Assembly (NCBI RefSeq): GCF_000315625.1
Contig: NW_005434542.1
Location: 120,087-184,086 of the forward strand
DNA: 64,000 bases
Reading direction: 5' to 3'
Source: Guillardia theta CCMP2712
Lineage: Eukaryota > Protista > Cryptophyta
Positions 1 through 11,684 of this stretch are shown here, one piece after another. Position 1 is the first letter of the stretch. Each line of letters starts with the position of its first letter. The notes under the pieces are model-generated. The model searched no databases and was not told where the DNA came from. It saw nothing but the letters and a program-made list of their open reading frames with translations. The translations under genes and the position numbers were made by a program.

Positions 1-254
1 ATAAAGATTTTTACCCAGCCTGCCGTAAGGTTTCACATCACGACCCCAGGCATGATAGCATGGAAGGAGACAAGTGAAAAGAATCGAGCAGAGCCGCATG
101 AAATGATCACATGACATACAGCGGGACCTTTTGATCAATTGCCGAGCAGGAAAAAAATCTTGTGGATTTCTAAATTTATTGCGTTTCATCAGAATTACGC
201 CAGAGGCCGTGGCATCTTCGGCGGGATGAAAGCTAACTAAATCAGCCAGGCGTC

Positions 255-1262
255 CTAGGAGCTGAGGCTCACGCGCTTGACCTTGAAGCTGCGGCAGAAG
301 TGCGGCTTTAAGAAGAGCTTGTTGCTGTTGCGACGGGTGTACGACACCATCTCGTTGCAGACGGAATCGGACAGAAGCTCCGGTTGCTCGTTCTCAAAAA
401 AGATGAAGAGGATCTGAGCCCAGATGATCATCAGGATCTGAAACAGCCTGCAGTTGCAGTCTACATGCGCATGCAGCCCGTCCAAGAACATCTTGGAAAG
501 CTTGTTGGGGATCAAAGATCCCCAGAGCTTCTCCTCCCTCGCCTCATCCTCCAGGCGAAAATGCAGCACGAAAATGGCAGACTCACTGGAGTTGGTAACA
601 AACTTGTCGACCTTGACAGTGACCTTCACTTCGCTGCACTGAGCAGAGTAAAGAGTGAGACGAGTGACGTCGGAGCTTTGCGACAAAAGCTTGAAGACCG
701 ACATCAGCGAGCTCCTGTCGGTCTTGGGGCCGCACAAGAAGTTGACAGTTCTCCCAGTAACTTGAGCCCCGTCAAATCCAAAGATGTTGTTAAAACACGG
801 ATCGACATATCTGATCCGCGGGAGACAAGACCCTTGCACTACCGCAATGCTGCTGTCCTTCTGCAACGGCTGGGTTGTGCTATCGGCAGGATCAAAGAAG
901 ATCACAAAGATAGCCCCTTGCTTGTTTTCAATGTAGCTGATCTCCAAGCAGCAATCCTTGGTCTCTCCGAAGCTGTCGTACATCGTTAAGAGACACGTGC
1001 AGCTTTGTTGCGGTGAATCACGGCATGCTTGCATTGTGTTCCTTAACATCTGAACGTTCGTCATGGGCCCTTGCAAGGTGCTCAAAGATCGTCCAATCAG
1101 TGCATCCTTGGACCAACGGAACATCTCCGACCACTCGCTGGAGGCATCGAGGAAGTTGTAGGGGACCGTACCTTTCACAACCACCAAGTTGCGATACCGC
1201 GACACTGCGGTGGTAGCTGCCTGGTTGTCCCAGTTGTGGCTAGATCTTGCCAGCGTCATCAT
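255..1262 (-). CDS. Intronless protein with two LOV-like PAS domains and a C-terminal hydrophobic segment
   Basis: 335-aa ORF. PAS motifs SEWSEMFRWSKDALIGRSLSTLQGPMTN and FNNIFGFDGAQVTGRTVNFLCGPKTD resemble LOV GRNCRFLQGPETD. Hydrophobic segment LFQILMIIWAQILFIFF near the C-terminus. Confidence 0.75.
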   Translation of the reverse strand: MMTLARSSHNWDNQAATTAVSRYRNLVVVKGTVPYNFLDASSEWSEMFRWSKDALIGRSLSTLQGPMTNVQMLRNTMQACRDSPQQSCTCLLTMYDSFGETKDCCLEISYIENKQGAIFVIFFDPADSTTQPLQKDSSIAVVQGSCLPRIRYVDPCFNNIFGFDGAQVTGRTVNFLCGPKTDRSSLMSVFKLLSQSSDVTRLTLYSAQCSEVKVTVKVDKFVTNSSESAIFVLHFRLEDEAREEKLWGSLIPNKLSKMFLDGLHAHVDCNCRLFQILMIIWAQILFIFFENEQPELLSDSVCNEMVSYTRRNSNKLFLKPHFCRSFKVKRVSLSS

Positions 1263-3013
1263 GGCGGTGAAAGATCAAGAGAAGGAAGGGAAGAGGGAGA
1301 AGGGAAGGGAGAGAGAGTAATGGGGGAGCGGGAGGCAGTAAGGACGAGGCAACACGGACGGGAAGGAAGAGGTCAAGGGTCAGGAGTATCGGGTGAGGGG
1401 CGGGTTGTAGCGCAGTAGTAATGTCATCATTGCTGACAGCGGGTATCGAAATATCCTCTTTTCAAACAATCTCAAAGGTATCCCGCTGAATAATACCCCC
1501 TCAAATCGACTTTGAGCGAATCTCAAGGGAAAAATCCTGGAGCATGGGTGGAATATCCTATGACGGCACTTAAGGAATCGCTGATGACATGGTAGACAAA
1601 CAAACAAGTTCAAAAATTGTTTCCATGTACCCCTCCCCCAAAACGTCTTCGGTGTAGGTCGTAACTTTAAAACTCAGAGGCCAAAAACTGCTTGTGGATT
1701 ACGTCTGCCATATCTGTGATTGGAATCATTGCAAAATCACACTGTTTCATATCCTGTAAAGTGGTTTGAACGAGGGCAGCGATTTGTTTTCCTAGGAAAA
1801 TATAAGTTTAGATTTGATGTCTCATCAATTTCATTGGTGCGGGCCTGTTTGAATACAAATCAGATCAGAGGGGTCGGTACGCAAGTGTAATACTATTTTT
1901 GAGCCCCCTCCGGCCTCTTGTCATGCATCTGGCATTTGAAAACTGTAAAACTTTTGTTTCAAAATTTTCAAATTTTGACCAAAGGGAAATGAATTCGAAA
2001 TTCTTTCAAACATGCATAAAACAAGGTCACTTGTTGCATCATGGCAAACCCTACCCCACCCTTCCCTTCCCTTGCTTTCAGTACCTGAACAACAGATCAG
2101 TACCCGTACTCATCAAGCATCTCATTCCGAAGTCACGCAGCCAACTTAAAACCTAGCACTTTCCGACCGTGACGAAGGGCTAGAGCCGGGCCGGGCCGGG
2201 CCGCAACACGGGCCGCGGTCAGTCGCCGTACGGTCACGGTGCCACCGCCGGTCCCCTCAGGCTCAAACTTACCTTTGACCGTCGACTCCCGAGCCTAGTA
2301 ACTTGAACTTCGGAACTCACCGTTCGGAAGCGGCTGCCTGACACGCCTGGCACTTCATGGCGAATCATTAGTACCCGGTACTAGTACATGAAAACCTACC
2401 TCTCTCACTTCCGGCCGCCGACGGTGACTTTGAATAAATGACTTGATCGTCGGCGTCGGACTCAGCCTCCGAGTCACGCTTCTTTCACTCGAAGTACTAC
2501 GCGGCCAAATGACACTGCCGTCGGTGTCGGAGACCACTCAGTGACTTGCCAGGGAGCAAACCGTGAACTGCAAGCGGCAGCACAGCCGGGAAGATCCGAT
2601 GATCCGAGGGCATCGTAATGCATATGCTCAGCACGTCCCGCCAAAGGCCTTTCTTCCCATCATCGCCAGCACTGATGGCCTCTTGCAGGACGAGTGCGTT
2701 GCGCTTTCTGTGGCCCCCGGCTGGCGGATCGCTCGGCGAACACTGAAGGAAACGGCAGCGCAGTGGATGGAGTCGGCCTCGCAAGACGTCTCAGGTAATC
2801 CGACTTGCGGTGGCAAACGCATCCGCCGGGTCCAGGATCAGTCATTCGTCAGCTCAAGGCCTCCCTGTCCTACGCTGCCCGGATCATCGCGGGTGCATCA
2901 GTCCCGGTACGGTATGCGTCTCATTCCGACTTCGGCGGCGGCCACCGACCGTCCGCCGCATCCGCGGCCCTGCCATGCGGCCGCGCGGGGGACTTGTCAC
3001 AGTGTCCTGCGCG

Positions 3014-3282
3014 CCGTTAAGTGAAGGTATCAGTTAACTTTGGGGGACAGCAGTCGGCAGGATTGGGTTTGGTTCTCGCTGTCTTTTCTCTTCTCGCCGC
3101 CGCAAGTTGGCCTGTGATGCGACAGTGTCAGGGTCAAGCCTCCTCGACTCTCCTTATTGTCCTCGTACCGTAACTTTGAGTAAAGAGATAAAGGCGGGCC
3201 TACTATCATGATGGGCCAACCGCCGTTCAACTGCTGTCCCCCAAACAAGTTGGCGGCTTAACTGATACCTTCACTCAAACGG
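3014..3282. mobile_element. MITE-like or fold-back element with imperfect terminal inverted repeats
   Basis: Perfect inverted arms 3020-3037/3258-3275 (AGTGAAGGTATCAGTTAA) and 3039-3054/3230-3245 (TTTGGGGGACAGCAGT). No credible coding interior. No clear target-site duplication. Confidence 0.4.
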
Positions 3283-4235
3283 TTCAACGCCGGGTTGTCC
3301 ACCGTCGGAGTCATGGCCTCGGACCGTCCCGGCGGCGCCGGAGGGCGGCGGGCCGGGCCGGCCCGATCGGAGCACGGCGCCGGTACATAGGCTGCGGCCG
3401 CGCCCTTCTCCCGGGAGTACGGTCCACTCGGATGCCATCAACCACCGTCGCTCGAGTTGATTTGGAATCGGATGATCAAGTTCAATGATTGACAAGTTGA
3501 CAGTGAGGCGGCTTATCATCTTGTCATCTCATGTAACAAAATGCTCTGATAACTAACCTGATCGGACTGTGGATGTCAACCGACTAAAAGAAATTAAGCT
3601 AGAGAGAGACTAGATTAAGCCTGGCGAGAGAGAGACTCGATGATGCTGAGCTTAGGGTTTTGTTGATGTTGTGAAGGTTAAACCCGGTAGTAAGTGTAGG
3701 TAAGACCTCTTGCAAGAAAGAAGCAGGGATGTTAAAAGGTGGTCTTTGTCTGAGTAGCGATCTCGTGCATCGAGGTGAGTTGTGATCGTGTGGATCGGGG
3801 GTTAGAGATTGAGACTTTTGGCAGCAATCCATGAAGCTGCTTGTTTGGTCACGAGTCCCACCCTTGCCCAAGTAGGCCTTAAGAAGTCTGGCCAGTATCA
3901 TCAGATCTCCAACTTCCGTAAAAGCAAATTCAAGTTCGATAGATTGTAAATTCATTACAGAAATCCTAGGCTAACTTGAAATGTTCGAAAAGCCGACTGT
4001 ACAATTAGAAGAATTACAACACGAGACAGCAAGGACTTGCTATTCTGATTCTGTTTCTACAACTTTTGCCCTGCAGCTACACTTGAAGCAAGTAATAAAT
4101 AATTTCCGACTGAATGGTGATGTCGTTGTCATCAAGTATGTGTGCAGCAAAGTTTGGCAAATTCCGGCACAACTTGCCGCCAACTTGGCATGTCACGTTG
4201 CCATGACATGTTGCCAAGTTGAACTGGAAACTCGT

Positions 4236-5195
4236 TCAGATACTCAGACGTTTGACCCGAAACGAGTTCGAAAAATGAGGCTGAATGATCCTTTGAGAAC
4301 CGCTGCTCATTGTTGACCGCCTCCTGGCCAGGTTGCATACCCTTGGAGGAGATTGGTTGAGTTCGAGATCATCGTCGTCTACGCTGATGTACTGCAAGAA
4401 GAAGACGAGTCCATGGAAGATCATGATCATAACGGTGGCAAGAAGTCGAAGTCCTGCTGACAGCCTTTGAACTCTCCTTTCAGGGACAATCGGCTGCGAA
4501 TCTACAACATGATCGTGGCCTCGAGACCAAAATTCCAACAAGAAAACCCTAAAGAGCCAATCCAAGACCGCGGATACGGGAACAACAACGAGAATCCTCA
4601 CAAAGATGGATTCCATGATGTTATCAAAAAATCTCGTGGCATATTCGTACCCGTGACGCATTATGTTGCTCTCGCTCGCTTGGTCCCGTATAGTTTCTAT
4701 GGCGAATTCGGTAAAGCGTTCTTTTGTATTCTCATCCATTTTCTTCAAGCTTCCGGCAATTTCAGAATCCACGGCATTTCTGATAATGACCAGCATGAAA
4801 CGTTTGTGTCTATGCTCAAATGAATGCAGCTCCATTAGACATTTTAGCGCCTTTCCTTGGATTGTGTACAATGTAGACTCAAGTGAATCTCCTTCAATAT
4901 CGTAATCCGTGTCATGCCCGCTAATCAAATCGCTGAGTTGTGAAGTGTTGGTAGCCGGTCCATGCAATACAAAAAAAGACCTTCCCTGGAGCATCATCTT
5001 TGACCATTCAAATCTGTCAGCAAACGATTGAGAGGTTTGAATCATTTCGAATGCAGGGCTAACGTCCAACAGCACCCATTCCTCATTAGTTAAATTGTTC
5101 TGCTGTATGTAACTTTCAAGATCGTCTTGAACAACGCTGTCACTGTAAGTCCAATCATGTGAGCAGCGTTTCTTATCACTGGGCTGTGAAGACAT
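4236..5195 (-). CDS. Intronless PAS-domain membrane protein, paralog of 255-1262
   Basis: 319-aa ORF with SQSFADRFEWSKMMLQGRSFFVLHGPATN and two hydrophobic segments. C-terminal PHFSNSFRVKRLS is shared with the neighbour (PHFCRSFKVKRVS). Confidence 0.7.
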   Translation of the reverse strand: MSSQPSDKKRCSHDWTYSDSVVQDDLESYIQQNNLTNEEWVLLDVSPAFEMIQTSQSFADRFEWSKMMLQGRSFFVLHGPATNTSQLSDLISGHDTDYDIEGDSLESTLYTIQGKALKCLMELHSFEHRHKRFMLVIIRNAVDSEIAGSLKKMDENTKERFTEFAIETIRDQASESNIMRHGYEYATRFFDNIMESIFVRILVVVPVSAVLDWLFRVFLLEFWSRGHDHVVDSQPIVPERRVQRLSAGLRLLATVMIMIFHGLVFFLQYISVDDDDLELNQSPPRVCNLARRRSTMSSGSQRIIQPHFSNSFRVKRLSI

Positions 5196-6895
5196 CCTGC
5201 GCCGACCCTCAAGCGAACGCGAGACTAAATATGATCAGGACGGGCAAGAGAGACTGATGGTAATGAAACAGGAGAGAAGGAGGTAGGATACGATGAGAAA
5301 GGGACAAGATGAGAGCTGTCCGAGGAGATGGGATAAGGACGAGCTGCTGGGGCTAAAAGGGCGGGGGCAGGTGAAGGAGCAAGTGCCCTCGAGGTGCAGG
5401 GCAGAAGAGGCCTAGAGGGAAGGAGGCGGATGGACATGCTTGCTGACATGCTTACAACAAAACAAGCAACGTTTTGGAATTGGTTTAAATCCCCCATGGA
5501 AAAAGATATGTTTTATTTCTGTACCCATTGATTTCACCCCTGTTTGCCATATGATTTAGGACCCCTCGTCTGCCTTTTTCGAGCAGACACAAGATCTCAT
5601 CAGACCCCCCATCAAGGTCATTGAATCCTCAATCATTACTCTATATAAAATGGACAATGGTCCTACCATCACATTCCTTTTGAGAACGACATCTGCTCCC
5701 GACAAGTGGTCTAAATTTTATGGGACTCGAAATGATTTGAGAAAATTCAGATTTAGGTTTGAAGAGAAGGTTCAGGCGAGTGCTTTCTAGAAATGTCCTT
5801 GATGCCATTTGAGCAAAACCAACCTTGAAACATATTTCCAAACTCTCGGTCATTTCTTTTCAAAGTATTGTTTGAAATTTGGATCATTTTCTATTTTGGA
5901 AGGTGCTAAAATTTACCACATCAGGCTTTACACTCCCAAGGGGCGATAACCTGGTAGGGTACCCAGATATCCAGAAAGTACCCATCCAATTACAGACAGA
6001 ATGAAGGGTACAGATGGTGGATTTGAGTTTCTCCAGATACGTACCGAGGGTAGGTAGTGAGAAACAGGAGTAAAAAACCAAACAGATTTATCTTGAAAGG
6101 TTTCTTTTACTCGACGCTTCGTTCGTGATTGACTGGAAGAGGCTCATAACCTTCTTGACAGTCATATGTCTCAGGGGGTGGTACACCTGTACCCCCCCTG
6201 CTGATGAGTATTTGCAGTTGAAATTCACGAGCATCCACAAGGAGGGTGGGGTGGACTGGGATATAGGGGTGGGCTGTTACTCAAAGGATATGGTCGCTTT
6301 GAAAAGAACTCTTTTCGCTCCACAGGAGTCGCTGGGAGTCATGTTCAGGGCAGCACTTGGGGCATCGGATCTGCTCCTAGGATTTGTTCCGATGCCTTCC
6401 GGTCGCTTCGGGCTGAGGCGAGCTCGAAATCATACCGTCCGAACACTCGGATCAACCAGTCCGGCCCGATCGGATTTTTTGTCCGGCCCGGCCCGATTGT
6501 GATGAAAGAGCCCTCATCCCACCTCAGTCCCATCGATGCGATCCATGGAAGATTCGCGCTGAAATTCTGTGGTGCTCGAGCGAGGGCTGGTGGGAAGGAA
6601 GGAGGGGGAGGAGGGGGCGGGGGGATGGTAGGAGGAGCGAGGATCCCTGGCAGAGGAGAAGCAGAGAACGCAGGAGAGGATGAGTGAGCGAAGGAAGGGT
6701 GTGGGAGGAAGGGGCTGAAGCGTGAGAACAGGAAAAGTGATATAGAGAGAGTATATGGAGGGAACTCTACCTCAGAAATATATGGTAGTGGGGGGATGTC
6801 TCCAGGTAGACCTCGGTTCTCTGATGAGGCGGAGCACTGTCGGATCTCGGTTCATGGTTGATGTCCTCGCTGCGCTGACCCTCCATGTGAACCAG

Positions 6896-8966
6896 ATGCC
6901 GCGGCTCATCCTGCTGTTGGTGGTTCTTGGTATTTGCTCTGCCAACTATGCGAGCAGGTAATGAGGATGTGAGAACGAGAAAGATCCTTGTGCCCCTGAC
7001 GCCCTTGACGTGAAGATATGCGCCCATGGCCGGACCTAGGAAGTTCTTGGGTGATGGAGAACTTCCGAGTGTGCTGAACTCACGCGAGCTGCTTCCTGAG
7101 TCACAAACAACAGTCCCACAAGCTCTGCGTTTGAGAGGAGGAGGCTTGCCGTATAGGTACCAGGTAGAGCTCGGAGCCTGCTGTGGGTCTCCCATGACGC
7201 CATGAGCGCAGGACAACTGGAGTGACATTGTGGTGAGAATGCCCATCGACGAGCCCATCAAGTCCAAGGACATCCACTACAAGCTCACACCGTGAGTGAA
7301 CGCTCCTGCGGAGTCTTCCTTCTCTCCTCCCCTGGGACAAGGCTGCCCTGGTGTGACAGCGTGCGGCGCCAGGTCGATGTTGGAGCTGGGCCTCAAAGGG
7401 CAGGAGCCGTTTGTGAGTGTGACCCTGCGGGTACTCCTTGCTGTGTGATATGTGCTGGCAGATCAAAGACGAGCTCTGGGGGCTGGTGAAGGTGGACGAG
7501 TGCTTGTGAGGCTGCTGGGATGTAGATGGGGGTGCAGCTGAAGGCATGTGTAGGTGGGAGATCGAGATGGACAACAAGCTCGGGAGGCACGTGGCCCTGC
7601 AGCTGAAGAAGGTGAGGAGCCCGAGGGAGGCAGCAGGCTGGTGATGGTGCGGGCAGGCGAAGGGAGAGAAGTGGGACTTCCTGCTGAAGAAGGAGGACAT
7701 CCCGCCTGACATGACGGTGCCGCGTTCCCCTGCTCGATGAGATTTTCCCTCCGTCGGGGCTCACGCAGGCGCAGGTGACAGAGAAGTGCTTCCTCGACAT
7801 TCAGGTTGTTGGTGGCAGCTGGGAGGTCCCCCTGGGACTGACGTCGCTGGTGCAGATCGATGGGGAGGCGGTTGGTCGGATCGTCATCGGGCTGTACGGC
7901 AAGGTGACTTGATTGCTCGACGCAATGGACTAGGGGTTAATAGAGGACCGCAGACTTGCCCCCGCACTGCCTACAACTTCAGAGCCCTCTGTACTGGCGA
8001 GGTAGGAGCACGTTTGATTTCCTCCACCCCCCTCCCTCCACCTCTCCTCCACCACCTCTCTTCCTCGCTCTCCGAGCCTCCTCCCTCCCTCGTCTCTCCC
8101 TCCACCTTCTTCCCTCCATCTCTCATCCTCCTCTGCTCCTAACGTGCCTCAAAGGTCCAGGTTGACCCCGAGAAGCACAAACGAACGCAGGCGGCCAACG
8201 CGACTCTCACCTACAAGGGAACCAAGTTTCATCGCATCATCCCGAGCTTCATGGTGAGGGGAGGAGGTGAAGACAAGCGAGCTTCTCATGTAGATATCAG
8301 GTTCAAGGAGGAGACTTCACCAAGGGCGATGGAACTGGGGGAGAGTCGGTCTATGGAGGAAGGTAATGCTGCCCCCTTCCCCTTGACCGCTCCCTCTCCT
8401 TTCCATGCTCATTCCTCTGATTCCTCCTGCCTCCTTTCCCCTACCCTCACTCCATGTGCTCTTCCCCAGTCTTCTCACCCGCTCCTCATCAACTCTCTTG
8501 CCATCAAGCACACCCCTCCTCTTCCTCTTTCTTCCTCCTCCTTGAATGACCACACGTGCGTTTGAAAGGTTCGAGGACGAGAGCTTCCAGATCAAGCACT
8601 CTCGCGAGGGCCTCGTGTCGATGGCGAACGCTGGAGCAGACTGCAACGGGGCTCAGGTAGGGAGGGCAAGACATGGTGACGAGTGGGGCTGATCTTGGTC
8701 AAGTTCTTCATCACCACAGCAAGTGCGGCTCATCTCAACGGCAAGCATGTTGTCTTCGGCGAGGTGGATGCCATGACAGATGGTCAGTCCCACCATGACG
8801 CCTGTTGGCAGGTCCTAGAAGGATATGAGTTCGTGCAGAAGATCGAAGACTGCGGGTCCAACAGGTTTGTGCTGCTTGCATCCAGCTATCGCAGATGACA
8901 TCTTCGAGCAGCGGGAAGCCTTCCAAGGAGGTCGTCATTGTGGATTGCGGCGTTGTCAGCGAGTAG
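6896..8966 (+). CDS. Signal peptide + presequence + CS (p23/NudC-like) domain + cyclophilin PPIase, multi-exon
   Basis: Spliced reading: [16 protein letters not shown]...[24 protein letters not shown]...[10 protein letters not shown]...WEIE...LQLKK...WDFLLK, then [76 protein letters not shown]. Stop TAG at 8964-8966. A short upstream exon is possible. Confidence 0.9.
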
Positions 8967-9153
8967 GAATCGAAAGATGTGTTGTGAATGTTCAAGGTTG
9001 AACCAAGAAAAACGTTTCATTGACATCTAAAATTTACAACTCGCCCACACCGTTTGCCTTCCACCATTCGTAGAGAGAAGAGAGAGAGATACGATGAAAG
9101 ATTCGTCACTGGCAACCAACACGAGTCAGCCGACGGCATGTGACGGCATGTGC

Positions 9154-10031
9154 TCAAGCACAAGGAACCTGTTGACTTGAAGCAAATTTTGCTTTGATTT
9201 GTTCAAGTTCTTCTTGTTGTTTCTCCAGTAATACCTGCGGCAACGTTCAACCAGGCACCTCACATGTGACAATCTCTTACTTTCTTCGTCTGTTTATTCG
9301 GCTGATAGTACAACACTATCAGGTAGCTGCCCAAACGTCAGTAGCGCTCAGCACAACCAACGATGCAAACTCACCGATCCAGCACGTGAAATCCTGAGAG
9401 ATTGTCGCATGCATTCTTTGCGTCGTAGATGTCTTCATACACCACAAAGGCAGTCCCACGCGTGTCCTTCGTGTTCCCCCTGCACCCACTCTCAGCAAAT
9501 GCACACTACCACGAGTTCAGGAAGGAAGCACAGTGTGAGGAGATGAGGAGATGAGGAGATGAGGGGGAAAGTTCCAAACATGACCATGACAAGATCATCA
9601 CATCTGCAAAGACACAGGAAGAGGAGGTCACGCTGCATGCGGTCCTACTCACTTGCGGATCTGGCGAATAGCTCCGTAACGACCGAACAGATCGTACAGC
9701 TCTTCTGCTGTGATCTTGAAGGGGAGGTTCCTAAGGGAGCAGCGGCGTCAGTCTGACTGCTCTGCCTACCTCAACCTCCTACCTGACGAAGAGGATTCGG
9801 TTCACCTCGGGAGGTAGACGCGCCTATGCATCAAGGGTCACTCGAAGGGACGGGCCAGCCGTTCGCCCCCAGCAACGCAGGAGCGCTGCAACACGAGACA
9901 CTCCACGAACATGCAACGACATGACAGCAAACATCATCAAGCTTTCAACTTCTTCACCCCCGTTCATCAGCCCCGTCACTCACATTCGCACGTCCGCGCC
10001 ATGCGTTCTGTACACCAGGGTCGAGGGCCAT
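9154..10031 (-). CDS. SF3B6: Splicing factor 3B subunit 6 (p14 branch-site protein, RRM), about 6 exons; missed by the ORF track
   Basis: Exons translate to [76 protein letters not shown], the conserved p14 signature. The 3' end is approximate. Confidence 0.93.
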
Positions 10032-11371
10032 GGCTTGTCTGCACAAGATTCCAGTCAGCTAAACGGGGCAAGAACAACAACGGGACGCTGAAGATCCCCG
10101 AGGATGTCAGAGGAGCACGAAATTCGTCTCGTCGCTGCACCCCCTCCTCCTCTACTCCTCTCCCGCCCACCCGAGACCGTCACAAAAACAAGAAACAGGA
10201 AACATAGATCCCCGTCGATTGCCTCCCTCCCTCCCTCAACTAACAACAGCTCGAGAGATTTCTGAGTGACCACACAATAGGAGAGCTTTCAGCGCATGCC
10301 ATATCGCTACCCTTCTGCTAGATCCCGTTGCACGCAGTGTAATGAACCTTGTGCCGTCACAGGTCACTTTCAAGAGCTCTTCAGCATGAACATACAACCA
10401 ACAACGCACAGCAGAAGCAAACACAATACCAATGACTTCATCAAGTAACTGCTACAAGTACTTCGAGCGCCCTGCTCTCCTCTCCTCCAGCAACTACTCG
10501 CTCCCGCCCTTGATCCTGTTCATCGGGCTAGAACCTTTTTCTCTGATCCCGGTTCAAATGTTTGTGATCCTCCTGCCTCTGATGTGCCTGATGCTTCTTC
10601 TCCTCATTGTACTGCTGATAACACTTCTTTCATCATCGTTTCTCCTCCCTCCTCCCCCTTCCCCTCGCTCTTGCTCCCTCCCTCACGCGCTGCATGCTCC
10701 TCCTTTCCTCCGCCTCCGTTTTTAGACTTTTAACATTGATTTCTCTGAAATTTTCTTCTGTAATTTTCAACATTTGAAATTAAATTTCAAATATAGTTTG
10801 GAGTCAAAATACAATGCTGTGTCGCCCTGACATGTGAGTTATAAATATGTAATCGAACATATTTTTTAAATTGTACTTATCACATTTGTAGCTTGGTCAA
10901 ATTTAGAAAGAATCGGGGAGATATAATATCAAATATACTTATTGATATGTATATAGTTATTGAATGTGCTCATTCGTACCCGAAACGTCCCATGAGTACA
11001 CCTTCCAAGGTATCTCCGTACAATATTTCTAGTCACAAGGGTACTTTATATTCATTTCTTTCCACCGTTTCCTCCAGGTTCCTAAAATAGTTTTAGTAGG
11101 TTTAAAACTAGCGGTCAGTTTCGGATCAGCTACTACTAGTTTTACTGCCCGGATTTTACTCGCGTTCAAAGTTTCAAATTTTCAAGGTATCAACGTTTCA
11201 AAGTTTCAAAGTTTCAATGTTTAGTTCGAATCTGGCGCCGGGCCGGCCGGGCCGGGGAACTGAGAAAGGGGTGAATGTGGGCGATGACAGGACATGCAGG
11301 GAGGGCACGAGGAAGCGGGGGAGAATGGGGAGAGGGAGGGAGGGACGAGGAAAGACTGAGGAACGAGGATC

Positions 11372-11430
11372 AAGATGAAGATGAAGATGAAGATGAAGAT
11401 GAAGATGAAGATGAAGATGAAAATGAAGAC
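11372..11430. repeat. (GATGAA)n hexamer microsatellite
   Basis: Direct reading. It generates the poly-DE, poly-MK and poly-HL ORFs. Confidence 0.9.
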
Positions 11431-11684
11431 GATATTGCAGGACAAGAGAGAAGGGTCGAGGAATCATACAGGCAGGGGCTGCAGGGAGTGGGGGACAGGG
11501 ACGGAGAGAGGAAGGGAAGGGAGGGAAGCGGGAAGGAGATGGTACAAAGGAACTTGTAGGCAATTGGGTGGGTATGTACAGCACCACGTCAACTAGATGA
11601 CTCCGTGTGCTCGCGCCAGGCTGCAGTGCAGCTTGGGGACTGAGGGTAGGCACCAGGCTGAACCTCAGCTCCGTATCAGCGCCA

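Noticed and set aside
384-989. 201-aa plus-strand ORF and similar long antisense ORFs throughout
   Set aside because: Shadows of real opposite-strand genes, with no motifs.
2355-3519. Arg/Pro/Gly-rich ORFs in the GC islands (also 18262-18610, 28434-29311, 47333-48075)
   Set aside because: Explained by stop-codon scarcity in GC-rich DNA; no coding signal.
3599-3955. 118-aa minus-strand ORF
   Set aside because: No recognisable domain or supporting splice structure; cannot be supported.
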